DNA from: the human T2T-CHM13v2.0 reference genome, Homo sapiens
Direction: 5' to 3' (one strand)
Length of the DNA stretch: 64,000 bases
Assembly (NCBI RefSeq): GCF_009914755.1
Contig: NC_060927.1
This document shows, piece by piece, positions 15,602-27,950 of the stretch; position 1 is the stretch's first letter, and every line of letters begins with the position of its first letter. Both the position numbers and the translations under genes were made by a program. Below the pieces are notes generated by a model, which ran no database searches, had not been told where the DNA came from, and saw only the letters and a program-made list of their open reading frames with translations.

Positions 15602-16132
15602 TGAGATAGGAGTTTGGCAGGACTTCTTTTAGAAGATCACAGTCACAAAGACCCTGCTGATAAAACGATGTGGTAAAGAAGCTGGCCATAACTTCCCCAA
15701 ATCAAAATGACTATGAAAGCACCTCTGGTCATCCTCACTGCTCATAATACACTAATTATAATATATTAGCATACTAAAGGAAATTGCCACCAGTACCACG
15801 AGAGTTTACAAATGCCATGCTCATGTGGGAAGTTACCCTATATGGTCTAAAAGAGGAGAGGCGGGAGAAACCCTCAGTTCTGGGAATTCCCAGCCCCTTT
15901 CCCAGAAAACTCATGAATAATCCACTTCTTGTTTAGTGTGTGATCAAGAAATAACCATAAAAATAGCCAGCTACCAGCCCTTGGGGCTGCTCTACCTATG
16001 GAGAAGCCCCTTTTTTCCTTTACTTTCTTAGTAAACTTTCAATTTACTCTGTCGGCTTGCTCTTGAATTCCTTCCTGCACAAAGCCAAGGCCTCCTGGGC
16101 TGAACCTCAGCTTTGGAGTCTGCCCTATGACA
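15602..16132 (+). mobile_element. MER41-family solo LTR (C/D/E-like) with GAS pair
   Basis: TGAGATAGGAG...TGACA termini and 4-bp TSD tcag/tcgg. Collinear with the MER41 at 1044-1592 (gtcacaaagaccctgctgataaaac, cctctggtcatcctcactgct, aagaaataaccataaaaat). Confidence 0.88.
15878..15907. promoter_or_regulatory. Two GAS (STAT) motifs with an overlapping NF-kB motif
   Basis: TTCTGGGAA 15878-15886, GGGAATTCCC 15882-15891, TTCCCAGAA 15899-15907. Confidence 0.65.
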
Positions 16133-17312
16133 TCGGGTCTGTCATGTGGTTTTACGTTATATTTATTCTGTCCATATATTTATGTATATACAAGCATATT
16201 TATATGCACACTTTCTCTAGGTAGAATTGTTTTCTTTGGCATTTCTTTTGGTATTTAGGAAGATTTTTATTTCTGGTAGTTACCTTTTTTGAGCATAGTC
16301 TTATAATCTTTACAACATCCTCATGAAAAAGAAGATGCTTTATAACATGGCTAGGAAAGTAAAGTGGAAGAACCCGGATTTGGGATTATAGCCCATGTCC
16401 GCCCATATTAAGGGGTCTGTCCTTTAATCCAGTAGTCTACTAAGCTTACAATGCTATATAATCCTTTTTTCCCTCAAAGACTAAATCTTCTCCATTTTTA
16501 CATGAGCTTTATGTTGTGTCACATTCTAGACTTGTCCTCAAATTTTAGAGATACTTCCCATGGTATACCTAATTATGACTTATCTGTACTAAATATTGGT
16601 TACCAAATTTCTAATGATTAAAGTTTTAAAAACTACATATCATATTAAATGCATATTGAGGGGCTTCTCTGAGAATGTTGAAAATTGGAAAAAGCATCAC
16701 TCCTAAACCAACACCAATAAAAAAAAAATCCACAAATGCCAGCAACTATACAGAATCGTAACTCTTTCTTTTTTTTTCCTGACCTCTGAGAACTATAGAT
16801 ATAGTAACTTTTCTTGAATGCATCAGAGAGTTGAGTTAATAAGGGCAACAAACTACCTGAAAACTAAGAAGAGACAGGTGGCTTCATTAAGAGATGAGTA
16901 AGTGAGCTCACCTGGGGTAAAGCATGGGAAAACAAGGAGACCACCAGACAAGTGGGCAATGCGTATGCCTGAAAACCCAAGCATTTGTGCTCTTTGTTTC
17001 TTTTAATGTTGCTTTGAAGTAAAATAGCCCATCCTCTGCAAGTCCATCTATGTTGTCCCTAAGGTATTCTATCTTTGCTCAAATTTTTAAGGATGGTGGT
17101 TTGTTTCACAGTTTTTGTATTTGAGTCTAATGAACATTCTAACATGATAGAGGCAATGCATTACTGTGTAGCCATAATTTTCTGGAAAAGTTGACATCTT
17201 AGGAATTGTATTTCATATCTTCAATAAAATTTGTTTCTAAATTAAAAAAATGAAAGAAATTACCTAAATTTTTAATAAATTCCTAGAGCCTAACTGTAGG
17301 GTAAGTGTAAGA

Positions 17313-17539
17313 CAAGGATTGGCAAACTTATTCCTGAAAGGCCAGATAGTAATAGTAAATATTTTAGGCTTTGTGGGCTATGGGGTATCTTATGGCAAGT
17401 ACTCAACTCTGTGGTTACAATACAAAAGCAGCTATAGCCATTATGCAAATAACTAGGTGTAGCTGTCATAAGTTTTCACTGAAAATTTATTTGCAAAAAC
17501 AGATGATTGGTCTAACAAGCCATAGTTTACTGACTTCTA
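17313..17539. mobile_element. MER58A (hAT-Charlie)
   Basis: caaggattggcaaact...aaaggccagatagtaa...aaatattttaggctttgtggg...gccatagtttactgac. Confidence 0.85.
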
Positions 17540-18879
17540 ACATAGAATACCTAAGAATAGCAAATAGAAAGGCAGTTTGTACTCACTGGCAGGCTCTTCT
17601 CTATGGACCTCATTGATTGCTCATGAGAATGACTGAGATCAAGGCAGTAGACCAAAGAGAACTCCTTTGCAATGCGATACTGAGTAGAGTAACAGCAATG
17701 GGAGATAAAGAAAGCCCTGCCTGCATCCTTCTTCCTATCTTTTCTGTGAAACAAACACTTTAAGCCACTAGGGGCAGGACAACAAATACTGTCTCAGATG
17801 TAGGTGAAGACCCATTGGAGCTAGGAGAAGAAATAGAAAAAAAGATCTTCTATCTTTGAGGGAAGGACAGAAAATTGCTTTTAGCCAAGACCATTAGCAG
17901 TTTACTACTGCTGGTCAAGAGGCAGAATCATTGAGGAAGACATACCTGTGAGACACAAAAAGACAGGTCTTGACCAAGACTGAGGATAAAGAAAGAAACA
18001 GAATGTTTCCACCTACTACTACCACGCTAGCTAGCACTGAATAAGTTGTGTCAGTCTATCAATGGGAAAGAGTAAAGAAGATGAAGGGAAACCTTCTCTG
18101 AGGTTTAGACTCACAGAAAAAGACTAAAGTCAAGGGTTGAAAAGAACATTAAAAACATTCTCCGAAAACCCAATCCCTACCCAAAGCACAAGATAATGCT
18201 AGAGAAATCTGAGGCCAGTGGTGTGCTAGGGGTAAATATAGCACTAACACAACCCAAACCCCATTATCTGAGTCAATTCCTTGCATTAAATGTGTAGTAT
18301 AAAAGGAGTGTGCCTAATTCTGGATATAAATACTATATACCTCAGTATTCAACCAAAAATTATGAGACATACAAAAATGCAAGACAAAGCAACTTTCTGT
18401 CAAAAAACAATGCAATCAAGAGAACCAGACTCACATGTGCCCAAGACATTAGAGCCTTCAGGTAGAGAATTTAAAAACAAACAAACTATAAAAATATAGT
18501 TAAAGATTCTAGTGTAAAAGGTGGATAACATTCAAGAAAATATAGGGATTTTTGTCAGAGAAATGGAAACTGTAAGAGAGAATGATATAGAAATGGCCAG
18601 AAACAAAAAATATGTAGTAACAAAAGTAAAGATCAATCAAAAGAAATGATTCAAACAAAAAGTAAAGAAAAAAAAAACTGCCAGAGAATTCAAAAACTGT
18701 GGGGCAATGTCATATGGTCTAATATATGAGCAACTGGAATCCCAGAAGGAGAAAAGAGAGAGAATGGAGAGAACAAATAAATATTTGAAAAGATAATGGC
18801 TGAGTGTTTCCCCCAAGTCACAAAAGACTTCAAATAACAGATCCAAGAAGCTCAGAGCATTCAGAAGAATAAATATTAC

Positions 18880-18984
18880 GAAGGAAAGAAGAAAGGAAGG
18901 AAGGAAAGAAGGAAGGGAGGAGGGAGGAAGGGAGGAAGGAAAGGAAGGAAGGAAGGAAGGAAGGAAGGAAGGAAGGAAGGAAGG
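18880..18984 (+). repeat. (GGAA)n microsatellite / purine tract
   Basis: Ten consecutive GGAA at 18943-18982, preceded by degenerate units. Confidence 0.97.
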
Positions 18985-19127
18985 GCCTAGTGACATTGTA
19001 TTCAAACTGTTGAAAACCAAAGATAAAGATAAAATCTTGAAGCAGCCAGAAGTAAAAAGACATACACATGGAGAAACAAAAATAAGAATTGCAACAGACT
19101 TCTTATTAGAAGCTATCCAAGCCACAA

Positions 19128-19276
19128 CCAAGCACCACGGCTCACACCCTTAATCGCAGCACTGTGAGAGGCTGAGGTGGGAGGATTGCTTAAGCCCCAG
19201 GAGTTTGAGATCAGTCTAGGCAATATAGCAAGATCCAGTCTCTACAAAAAATTGAAAAAAATTAGCCAGATGTGGT
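19128..19276 (+). mobile_element. AluJ fragment (left arm plus linker)
   Basis: ggaggattgcttaagccccaggagtttgaga; stops at attagccagatgtggt. Confidence 0.85.
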
Positions 19277-20853
19277 CATCTCCAGAAATCAATGCCCAGT
19301 TAATATACTACTGAAAAAATAAAGAATGAGGACTTTACACGTAAGAAAAACAAAGAGAATTTATTATCAGCCAACTTTCACTATAAGAGAACTTAAAGGA
19401 AGTTCTTTAGGCAAAAGAAATACATCAGACAGAAACCTGGATCTACACACAGAAAGAAATGTTGAAAATGGTAAAAATGAAGGTAAATATAAGATACATC
19501 TTTTCTTATTCTAATCACTCTAGAAGATAATTCACTATTTACAAAATTAGTAGCAATGTATTTCATGTATACAATGCATAAATGTTTGTTGAAGCATTTT
19601 AATATTTGATTATTGATTACTGGGAAAGCCTGTCAAAGTTTGTTGTGACTCAAGATCATTATTTAGCATATAACTCACTTAATCACCCACCAACCATCTG
19701 ACAAACTAACTAACAAAAGACCTTCAGCAGTTTTAACGTTAAAAAAAAAATCTGTCTATAAGGGAGCTTACTGTGTGTACACTTACGGAGGAATTCTACT
19801 GTGGTTCAGTTTCCAAGGATGATTTATTGCCTTTGTAATTCTAACATTCTTTGTGCCTTACAGAAGAAAGAACTAAATTGCCCAACTTGATTCCTAGCAG
19901 AATTCTTCACTTGTTTATAACCAGACATTTTTTCAAGTGCCCTTAAATTTATGGTATCTATTGTCTTCTTTCTTCTCATGACACCCAAATTCCAGATCTG
20001 TTTTTTATAAAATCAGATTTTTTTTTTTTTAAATAGAGAGAGAGGAGAGAAGAAAAGAGCGGGGGAGGGAAAAGCTTTTATCATAGCAGAAAAAGCTATT
20101 TTGTTGTATAATCTTTCTTGTTTGGGGACAGAAATGATTTGTAAAAAAGCAAGCAGTTTATATTTTCTTACACATGTTCATGGATCTTTTTCTCAGTTTT
20201 CATGTTGCTGTGTTAGACTGTGGGTGAAAGTAGTCTGCCACGAAATTTTTGTGGTGCTTAGTAAATATAAATTTGATACAACCAGAAGTGACGTAATGTG
20301 GTAGTTCAGCAACCCCATTCAACTTAGACCCCAACAGCTTTAACAGAAATCAGCAGTTCTCACACTTTCTATTCATACCACAAGCCTCTAGAGACTTCTT
20401 ATAACCTGCAGTGATCTTGATCAAAATGGAAATGAAGAGACAAATTATAGTTTTTTTTTAAACTCTGTATTTCTTTTTGTGCTCACTGTCACTACCAAAC
20501 CGTATCTAGAGGACTGTTATTCCTTTGTGTTGTTTGGTACCTCAAACAAAAATGAGATTACTGAAAGAGTCTTGGAGTTCTTATTAGTGGAATGACAGCT
20601 CACCTTATTCATAGCACAAAGATTTCTGAAGCTTCCACCATGTAATGGGTCCAAAGTTTGCACTTTTTCTTCCCACTGCTAGAAGAGATTCTTTCCTGTA
20701 CTTGTTGAAGACCAGATCCCTGATGTGACAAATAATGAAGCAGATTTAGAAGGTGATATCTAAAGCCATTTATGAATAAGTTTATAGCTTCTTTCAATTC
20801 TCCATATTTTAGTTATTCAACGGTGACTGCATTTGTAGAATATAGCCATTATT

Positions 20854-21313
<460 letters not shown>

Positions 21314-21329
21314 TTATATATTTTTATTT

Positions 21330-21720
21330 TTAAATAAATATTTTATTAAAAATATCCGGGGGGGGGGGCGGGAAGCACAAATTCTAAGTGAAAACCCATT
21401 TAACTAATACTCAGATCAAGAAATAGAGCAAGAATCCAGCAACCCAGAAGTCCCACTTTTTTCCCTTCCAGTGATTATTTTCACCAAGTTTAACACTATC
21501 CTGATTTCTATCACTAATTTATTTCGCACCAGATTTTGACTTTTATGTAAATGGAATAATATAATATATACCATTTTGTGGCTGGCTTCTTTAGCTCATT
21601 ATCATTTGTGAGATTGATTTATGCTATTGTATTTAGCTACGGTTTGTTCATTTTCACCGCAGATAGTATGCCATTGTATGAACATATTGTTATTTTTTCA
21701 CCCATTCAACTATTGATACT
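21330..21720 (-). mobile_element. L1ME-like 3' fragment
   Basis: aacactatcctgatttct, tgtaaatggaataat, ttgtggctggcttcttt. Confidence 0.6.
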
Positions 21721-21724
21721 AGCT

Positions 21725-21785
21725 ACCTATCATCCATCTATCTATTGTCTGTCTATCTATCTATCTATCTATCCATCTCTATCAA
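21725..21785 (+). repeat. (CTAT)n microsatellite
   Basis: Visible tandem ctat/ctgt units. Confidence 0.9.
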
Positions 21786-22529
21786 ACTGCATCTATTGTC
21801 ATATATCTTAAACAGAATAGGACTTGCAGTGCAATGTTAAATACAAATGGTGATAGTGAGCAACATTTTCTCATTCATTCTCAAAATCAGGGGAATTTTT
21901 CAGCACTTCACATTTATGTATGATTTTTACTAATTTTTTCTAAATATTCTTTATCAGTTTAATAAAATTCCCTTATTTTACTAAATGTCATTTTTTGGTA
22001 AATATTCTTTATTCCAGAAAATATCTTTTATTCCTAGCTTGCCTAGAGGTTTATTTTCTTACCCGTGGTCTTGCATGTTATCAGTTTTTCTTGCATCTAC
22101 TGAGATCTGTGGTAATGCTCTCTGCTTCATTCCTGATATATGTTGTTGGCTTCCTCAGCTAATAACTTTTTGATATTGATTTTTTATTGCATGTATGTTT
22201 TCTAGTTAACTAATTTTTTTGTTCTTTTCTTTATTATTTATTCTCTTTATTATTTGTTCTTTCTTATTCTTATATTTATTTTTTCTTCTTACTCTTTCTT
22301 GGGTTTAATTTGTTATCTTTTCTTTACTTCTAGAGATGAATACCCATACAATTGCATTTCAGGCTTTCCTCTTTCCTAATATGTGAATTTAAGTTATAGA
22401 TTTTCCACTAAGCATAGTAATAGCCAAATTATACATTTCAAATATTACATTTCATTATAATTCAGTTCAAGGTATTTTAGTACACATTTTTATTAACTTT
22501 CACCCAGTTATTTAAAAATGTTTGCTTAA

Positions 22530-22803
22530 CTATCACAAGGATAGAAAACCAAACACCGCATGTTCTCACTCATAGGTGGGAATTGAGCAATGAGAACACT
22601 TGGGCACAGGGTGGGGAACATCACACACCAGGGCCTGTCGTGGAGTGGGGCGAGAGGGGAGGGATAGCATTAGGAGATATACCTAATGTAAATGACGAGT
22701 TAATAGGTGCAGCACACTAACATGGCACACGTATACATATGTAACAAACCTGCACGTTGTGCACATGTATCCTAGAACTTAAAGTATAATAATAAATAAA
22801 TAA
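22530..22803 (+). mobile_element. 5'-truncated L1PA5/6-like 3' end
   Basis: L1PA 3' UTR with (AAAT) tail; degenerate TSD gtttgcttaa / gtctgcttaa. Confidence 0.93.
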
Positions 22804-23589
22804 TAAGTCTGCTTAATTTCCAGACATTTGAAAATTTTATTTTAATCTTTTAGTTATTTATTTCTACCTTTATTTCACTATAATCAAATAATATATTTGA
22901 ATCATTGGAGTCCTTGTAGATTTGTCAAGTCTGACTTTTTGGCCCAACATATGGACTATTTTTGTAAATGTACACTTGTCAAAATTGTATATTCTGTCAT
23001 TCGATGGTATATTTTAGCAAGTGTTTTTGTTTTATTAATTGTGTTACTTAGATTATAAATAGCCTTACTAATTTTCTGGATGCTTGTTTTATCAGTTATC
23101 AAAGAGTGTCATATTCTCTCACTTTAGTTGTGGATTTGTGTATTCCAGTTTTTAAATTGATCAATTTTTGTTTTTACATATTGTGAAACTATATTATTAG
23201 GTCCACACAAATTTAGAATTTTTATATCTTCCTGGTGGATTGATCCTTTTATTATTATGAAAGAATTCTTCTCATCTTTAGGAATGTTTCTTGCCTTATA
23301 GTAGATCTTATCTGACATCAGTATATCAAAACCAGACTTCTCTTGGCATTTGCATAGTACATCTTTCCGTACCCTTTTTATAAGCAACACATAGGTTTTC
23401 TTAATGTTTTTTGTCAATTCTGACAATCTTTATCTTTTAATGAGGCCATTTAGACCATTTGCATTTTAATATACTTGCTGATTTATTTAGGTTTATGCTC
23501 ACCATATTAATAATGCTTGTGTTTTATTTGTCTTACTTATTTTATGTTGCTTTTTCTCTCTCCCTCTTGCTTTCTCTTTTATAAACCCA

Positions 23590-24005
23590 GGGGCTTAGAT
23601 CAGGTTCCCTAGAAACAGCCTGATACAGTGATGTGGATGCACATGATTTATCAAAGGAGTGCTTTAAGAAGAAAGCGAAGGAAGCAGAATAAGGCAGGGA
23701 AAAGAGTTGAGCTAAGATGTGGTCCCAGGTGGAGGCTGGTTTTAGCTTTACCCCCTGGGGATCTCCAGAGCATAAATTGTACCATGAAGTCAGTCCAACA
23801 TTTTGACAAGGTTGACAGCCATGTGTCAGTTATTCATTGTTGGGGTTGGGAGCATAACCTCCTAGGGAAGCTGGTTCCTCTTTGGCTAAGGGGATTTCTC
23901 CAGATAGGGGAAGCTGTGAGTCATTAGCAGCTAACAAAGCAGATGGGGTGCAGGTGTGCTGACCAAGTAACGGGCAATAGGGCAGGGCACTGTCTGTGTT
24001 CATTA
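23590..24005 (-). mobile_element. LTR16-like ERVL LTR
   Basis: aggttccctagaaacagcctga...tttatcaaaggagtgct...gaagcagaataaggcaggga. Confidence 0.65.
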
Positions 24006-24140
24006 TATCCAGCAACTTTATTTAAAATTACATTCTTTTGTATTTACAAATTTTCTGATTATATGTCCTTTTACATTTAGTCCTTTTAATGATTACTGTA
24101 AAGATTGCAAGCTACTTCCTTGGCTTATTAGAGTTTAATA

Positions 24141-24437
24141 CTGCTTTGTCCAATATGATAGCCGCTAGCCACATGTGGCTGTAGAGCACTTGTAATATGG
24201 CTGGTTTGGGTTGAGATTTGCTGTTAATATAATTTGAAAGATTTAGTACAAAAAAGTATGCAAAATATCTCATTAATAATTTTTATATTGATTATATGTT
24301 GAAATGATCATAATTTGGGTTAAATAATATATATCAAAATTGACTGTGTTTATTTCATTTTACTCTTTCTAATGTCACTACTGGAAAATTTAAAATGACA
24401 TATGTGTCTTGCATTATATTTTAATGGGACAAAGCTG
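24141..24437. mobile_element. MER33/MER3 (hAT-Charlie)
   Basis: ctgctttgtccaatatgatagccgctagccacatgtggct ... gggacaaagctg termini. Confidence 0.8.
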
Positions 24438-25047
24438 TTTAATATAAACTGATGTTTTTACTACTTCTCAACCAAAGCTAAAACCTTACAATTTCTTTTA
24501 CTCTGTCTCATATTTTGCTATTGTTGCATGCATTTGTACTTATATATGTATTTTAAACTATGTACATGTCACTGTGTTTTCATGTGGTCAGTTATCATTT
24601 ATATTTGCTGATATTTTTATTTACCTTTTTATTGGGTTCCATTCCTTTCTGTATTTTCTTATTCTTTCTGGGATTATTCTCTTCTGCCTGTAAGACTACC
24701 TTTAGTATTTGCTTTATTTTGTAACTACTGTTGATGAATTCCCTCAGTTTTTGTTTAACTGGAAATAGCTTCACTTATTTTTTTCTAATAAGATATAATA
24801 TATTTTATTTGTTTTTACTTCCATGCATGTGGAAGAAGAAAGTGTCAATTAACCTCTTGTGCCTTGGTGAACTTAAAAACCTTTACACATTTTAGAAAAT
24901 AATGATGCCAATTTAAATACCATTACCTGGACAACAAATTATTAAATAAGGCAATTCAGAATTACAAGCATTTTAGAGATTAAACGTTATATTTATGGGA
25001 TAAACCATTTCTGAAATATTATGAAGTTGCTTTGCTCACATTAACCA

Positions 25048-25358
<311 letters not shown>

Positions 25359-26710
25359 TGATGCCAAAAAATTAGCTTTTTTTCTATAGTTTCAATGAAA
25401 AAGAATATTTCTTTCTTTCCTTTTTACCTTGCTAGTATTTCATCACCAACATTAGAAGAACCTACAGTTTCAAAGTTAAGTGCTATAATTTTATTAATTA
25501 GCACCAAGAAATATCAATGCTTATCTGAGGAATAAAAACTGGCAATAAGAAAAGAAAAACAGTATAGTATTATAACCAGAGAATATGAAGCATGTAATTA
25601 GATCAGAAATAGTACTTAATTAGGGCCAATGAAATATGGTGATAAGCCTGCTGTCATTGATTTGGGAAGTTTCTTCAGAGTATTCTTTATCTCCCCTTGA
25701 AATTGTCATTTCTGCATATGACTTTTGTAACTGCTCCGGATGCCTTGCTAAGCTGTTTCATTGTGAAGAGATGCAAATACCTGGGTCCTTGATTCCAAAT
25801 GTTTTCTGACCAGTAAAGTGCTTATTAATCAACTGGTGAAATAAAAGGTGTCCTTGTTCTTTAAAGTCAACCTAAGAAATTCTTGTTACTAGCTCAAATA
25901 TACAATGGAATGGCATTATAAGAAAATGGAGAGGGGGGGAAAACACAAAAAAAGAAAACCCAGTAAAACTATTAGCAAAGGAAATGCAATAACATGAATA
26001 AATGAGGCCCTGTTCTGACTTGAGCATGGGTTCAGTGTATACTGAGGCATTTTGTAATTTAAAGTAGGAATTAATAAAGTAAATAAAACTTGATATCCTG
26101 TTTTATAGCATTTGTTTTGGTAAGAAAAATTTTTGAGGGAATTTGTTCTGACAGTGTGTTGGAACAAAAAAAAACCTCACAACTTATGGCAATTCATTAA
26201 TTAATTCAACATCCATGCAGCCTCTCTATATCTTAGACACCATAGTTCTTAGAAGATGAGTGAAGCATGGTTCCTGCATTCAGGGAGCTCCAGACCCACA
26301 TTTAGGATCTGAATCAGAGTATCACGTCAGAATTTTCTCCTAACACAGAGAATTCACCTCTGAAAACCATACTGTTTGGTGGTTTTCTTGGATTAATGTC
26401 ATCTTGTATTGTGAATTAATATGTAAGTTTGGCTCAGACATATTAGTCTGTTGAGAATGTGTAATTTTTGTTCTGGATAGAACTAAGGTGATGTTTTGAT
26501 TTATTTTTAAAAAGAGTAGCTAACTTTTACTACTTGCAGTACTTGAATGAATAATTTGTTTTCTGGGCATTGAATCAGATTTTTTTTTCAGTTTTTATTG
26601 CTTGTATAGGATTACAAATTTGTTTTCAAAATGACACTATGAATTATTTTTCTTGTTAACACTTGCCAAAATTCCTACAGCAGCATATTGGCCAAAACAC
26701 ATTTCAATAT

Positions 26711-27080
26711 TGATATGGTTTGGCTGTGTCCCCACCCAAATCTCATTTTGAATTGTAACTCCCATAATTCCCACATGTCATGGGAGTAACCCAGTGGGAG
26801 GTGATTGAATTATGGGGGCAGGTCTTTCCTGCACTGTTCTCATGATAATGAATGAGACTCATGAGATCTGATGGTTTTAAGAAACAGGAGTTTGCCTGCA
26901 CAAGCTCTCTCTTTGCCTGCTGCCATCCATGTAAGACATGACTTGCTACTCCTTGCCTTCTGCCATGATTGTGGGGCTTCCCCAGCCACATGGAACTGTA
27001 AGTCCAATTAAACCTCTTTCTTTTGTAAATTGCCCAGTCTCAGGTATATCTTTATCAGCAGCGTGAAAATGGACTAATAA
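26711..27080 (+). mobile_element. THE1C-like MaLR solo LTR
   Basis: TGATATGGTTTGGCTGTGTCCCCACCCAAATCTC ... GAAAATGGACTAATA; TSD aatat/aacat. Confidence 0.93.
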
Positions 27081-27719
27081 AACATTTGAAGAAGTAAAGT
27101 CAAAAGTTCCAGAGGACACTAAATGAATTAAGTGAGGTATGAAATAAATAAATAGTCAATATAAGCTAATTTTTGAGATACCTAAAGATTAGGATTTGGG
27201 GCTTCAAATAATAGTGTATCAATTATTTTCAGTGTTTCAGTTAGATTCATGTGTCAGAGACAGATGCATGAAAAGGACCTTATCTGAGCACATAAAACTA
27301 GTTTTAGAAATTTTGAATTCACTTCTTCTGCTGGGTCTCATCATGATGGCCTTTCTTGTTCTGGTCCTGAATCCCCAGAAAAATGTAACTGGGGAATATT
27401 CAGAAGAGAACACAATAGTACACTCTCCTATGTCCAGCAGCCCCTCTAGCTGATTGTCTGCCATAACTGAATTCCAAATGTTTTCTGACATAGCTGATAC
27501 TTATTTTTTTCCCTATAGCAAAACTTCTCTGGGGGTTTATGTGCATACAGAGAATCTTAGAAAAATTGGGAAATGCATATACACACTAATATTTTTGTAT
27601 AATTTCAGGGGCATGCAGTTATGAGCTCCTATTAGGTGGTTACAGCCCAGTTTCTGATACGGTGTATACAATTTATGACAACTAGGACTTAAAAATTAAG
27701 TAGATCATCTTTGCATTTG

Positions 27720-27950
27720 GTAAATATTAACTGAGGTCCTATATGCCCTGTTCCAGCAAGGAATGTCATGGTGAGGAAGACAAAATCTCTGCCCTAATGG
27801 GGCTTACATCCTAGTGAGGGACACAGACAGACTGACCACAAGCAAATAGAACAAGAGAATATACAATAGAATATCAAGTAAGTAAAATGCAGAAGCAACA
27901 AAGTAGAGTAAGAGAATAGGGAGTGCCAGGGCTTGCTATGAATGCATAGT
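27720..27950 (-). mobile_element. L2 3' fragment
   Basis: aaatattaactgagg..., ctctgccctaatggggcttacatcctagtgagg. Confidence 0.6.

Larger units (their letters stand above)
14950..16290 (-). mobile_element. Old L1M fragment, interrupted by the MER41 LTR
   Basis: T-rich degenerate L1 antisense text on both sides of 15602-16132. Confidence 0.5.
16658..19570 (+). mobile_element. Old L1M 5' UTR/ORF1 region, fragmented
   Basis: ORF1-like remnants (aactggaatcccagaaggaga, aaaatcttgaagcagccaga, gcaacagacttctt). Interrupted by MER58A, a GGAA repeat and an Alu fragment. Confidence 0.7.
21810..24775 (-). mobile_element. Old L1M ORF2 5' region with nested insertions
   Basis: ORF 23124-23426 (-) resembles L1 endonuclease (IIIKGSIHQEDIKILNL; compare IIVKGSIQQEELTILNI in ORF 12301-12834). 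Confidence 0.75.

Noticed and set aside
18637-19131. 164-aa minus-strand ORF with PSFL repeats
   Set aside because: Antisense of old L1 ORF1 plus the (TTCC)n repeat.
19839-19863. Textbook + strand 3' splice site (ctaac branch point, pyrimidines, cag)
   Set aside because: No strong matching donor follows and all frames close quickly. Isolated acceptors are common.
20281-20296. ETS-CRE-like accagaagtgacgtaa
   Set aside because: Lacks the GGAA ETS core, so only a half CRE remains; no supporting context.
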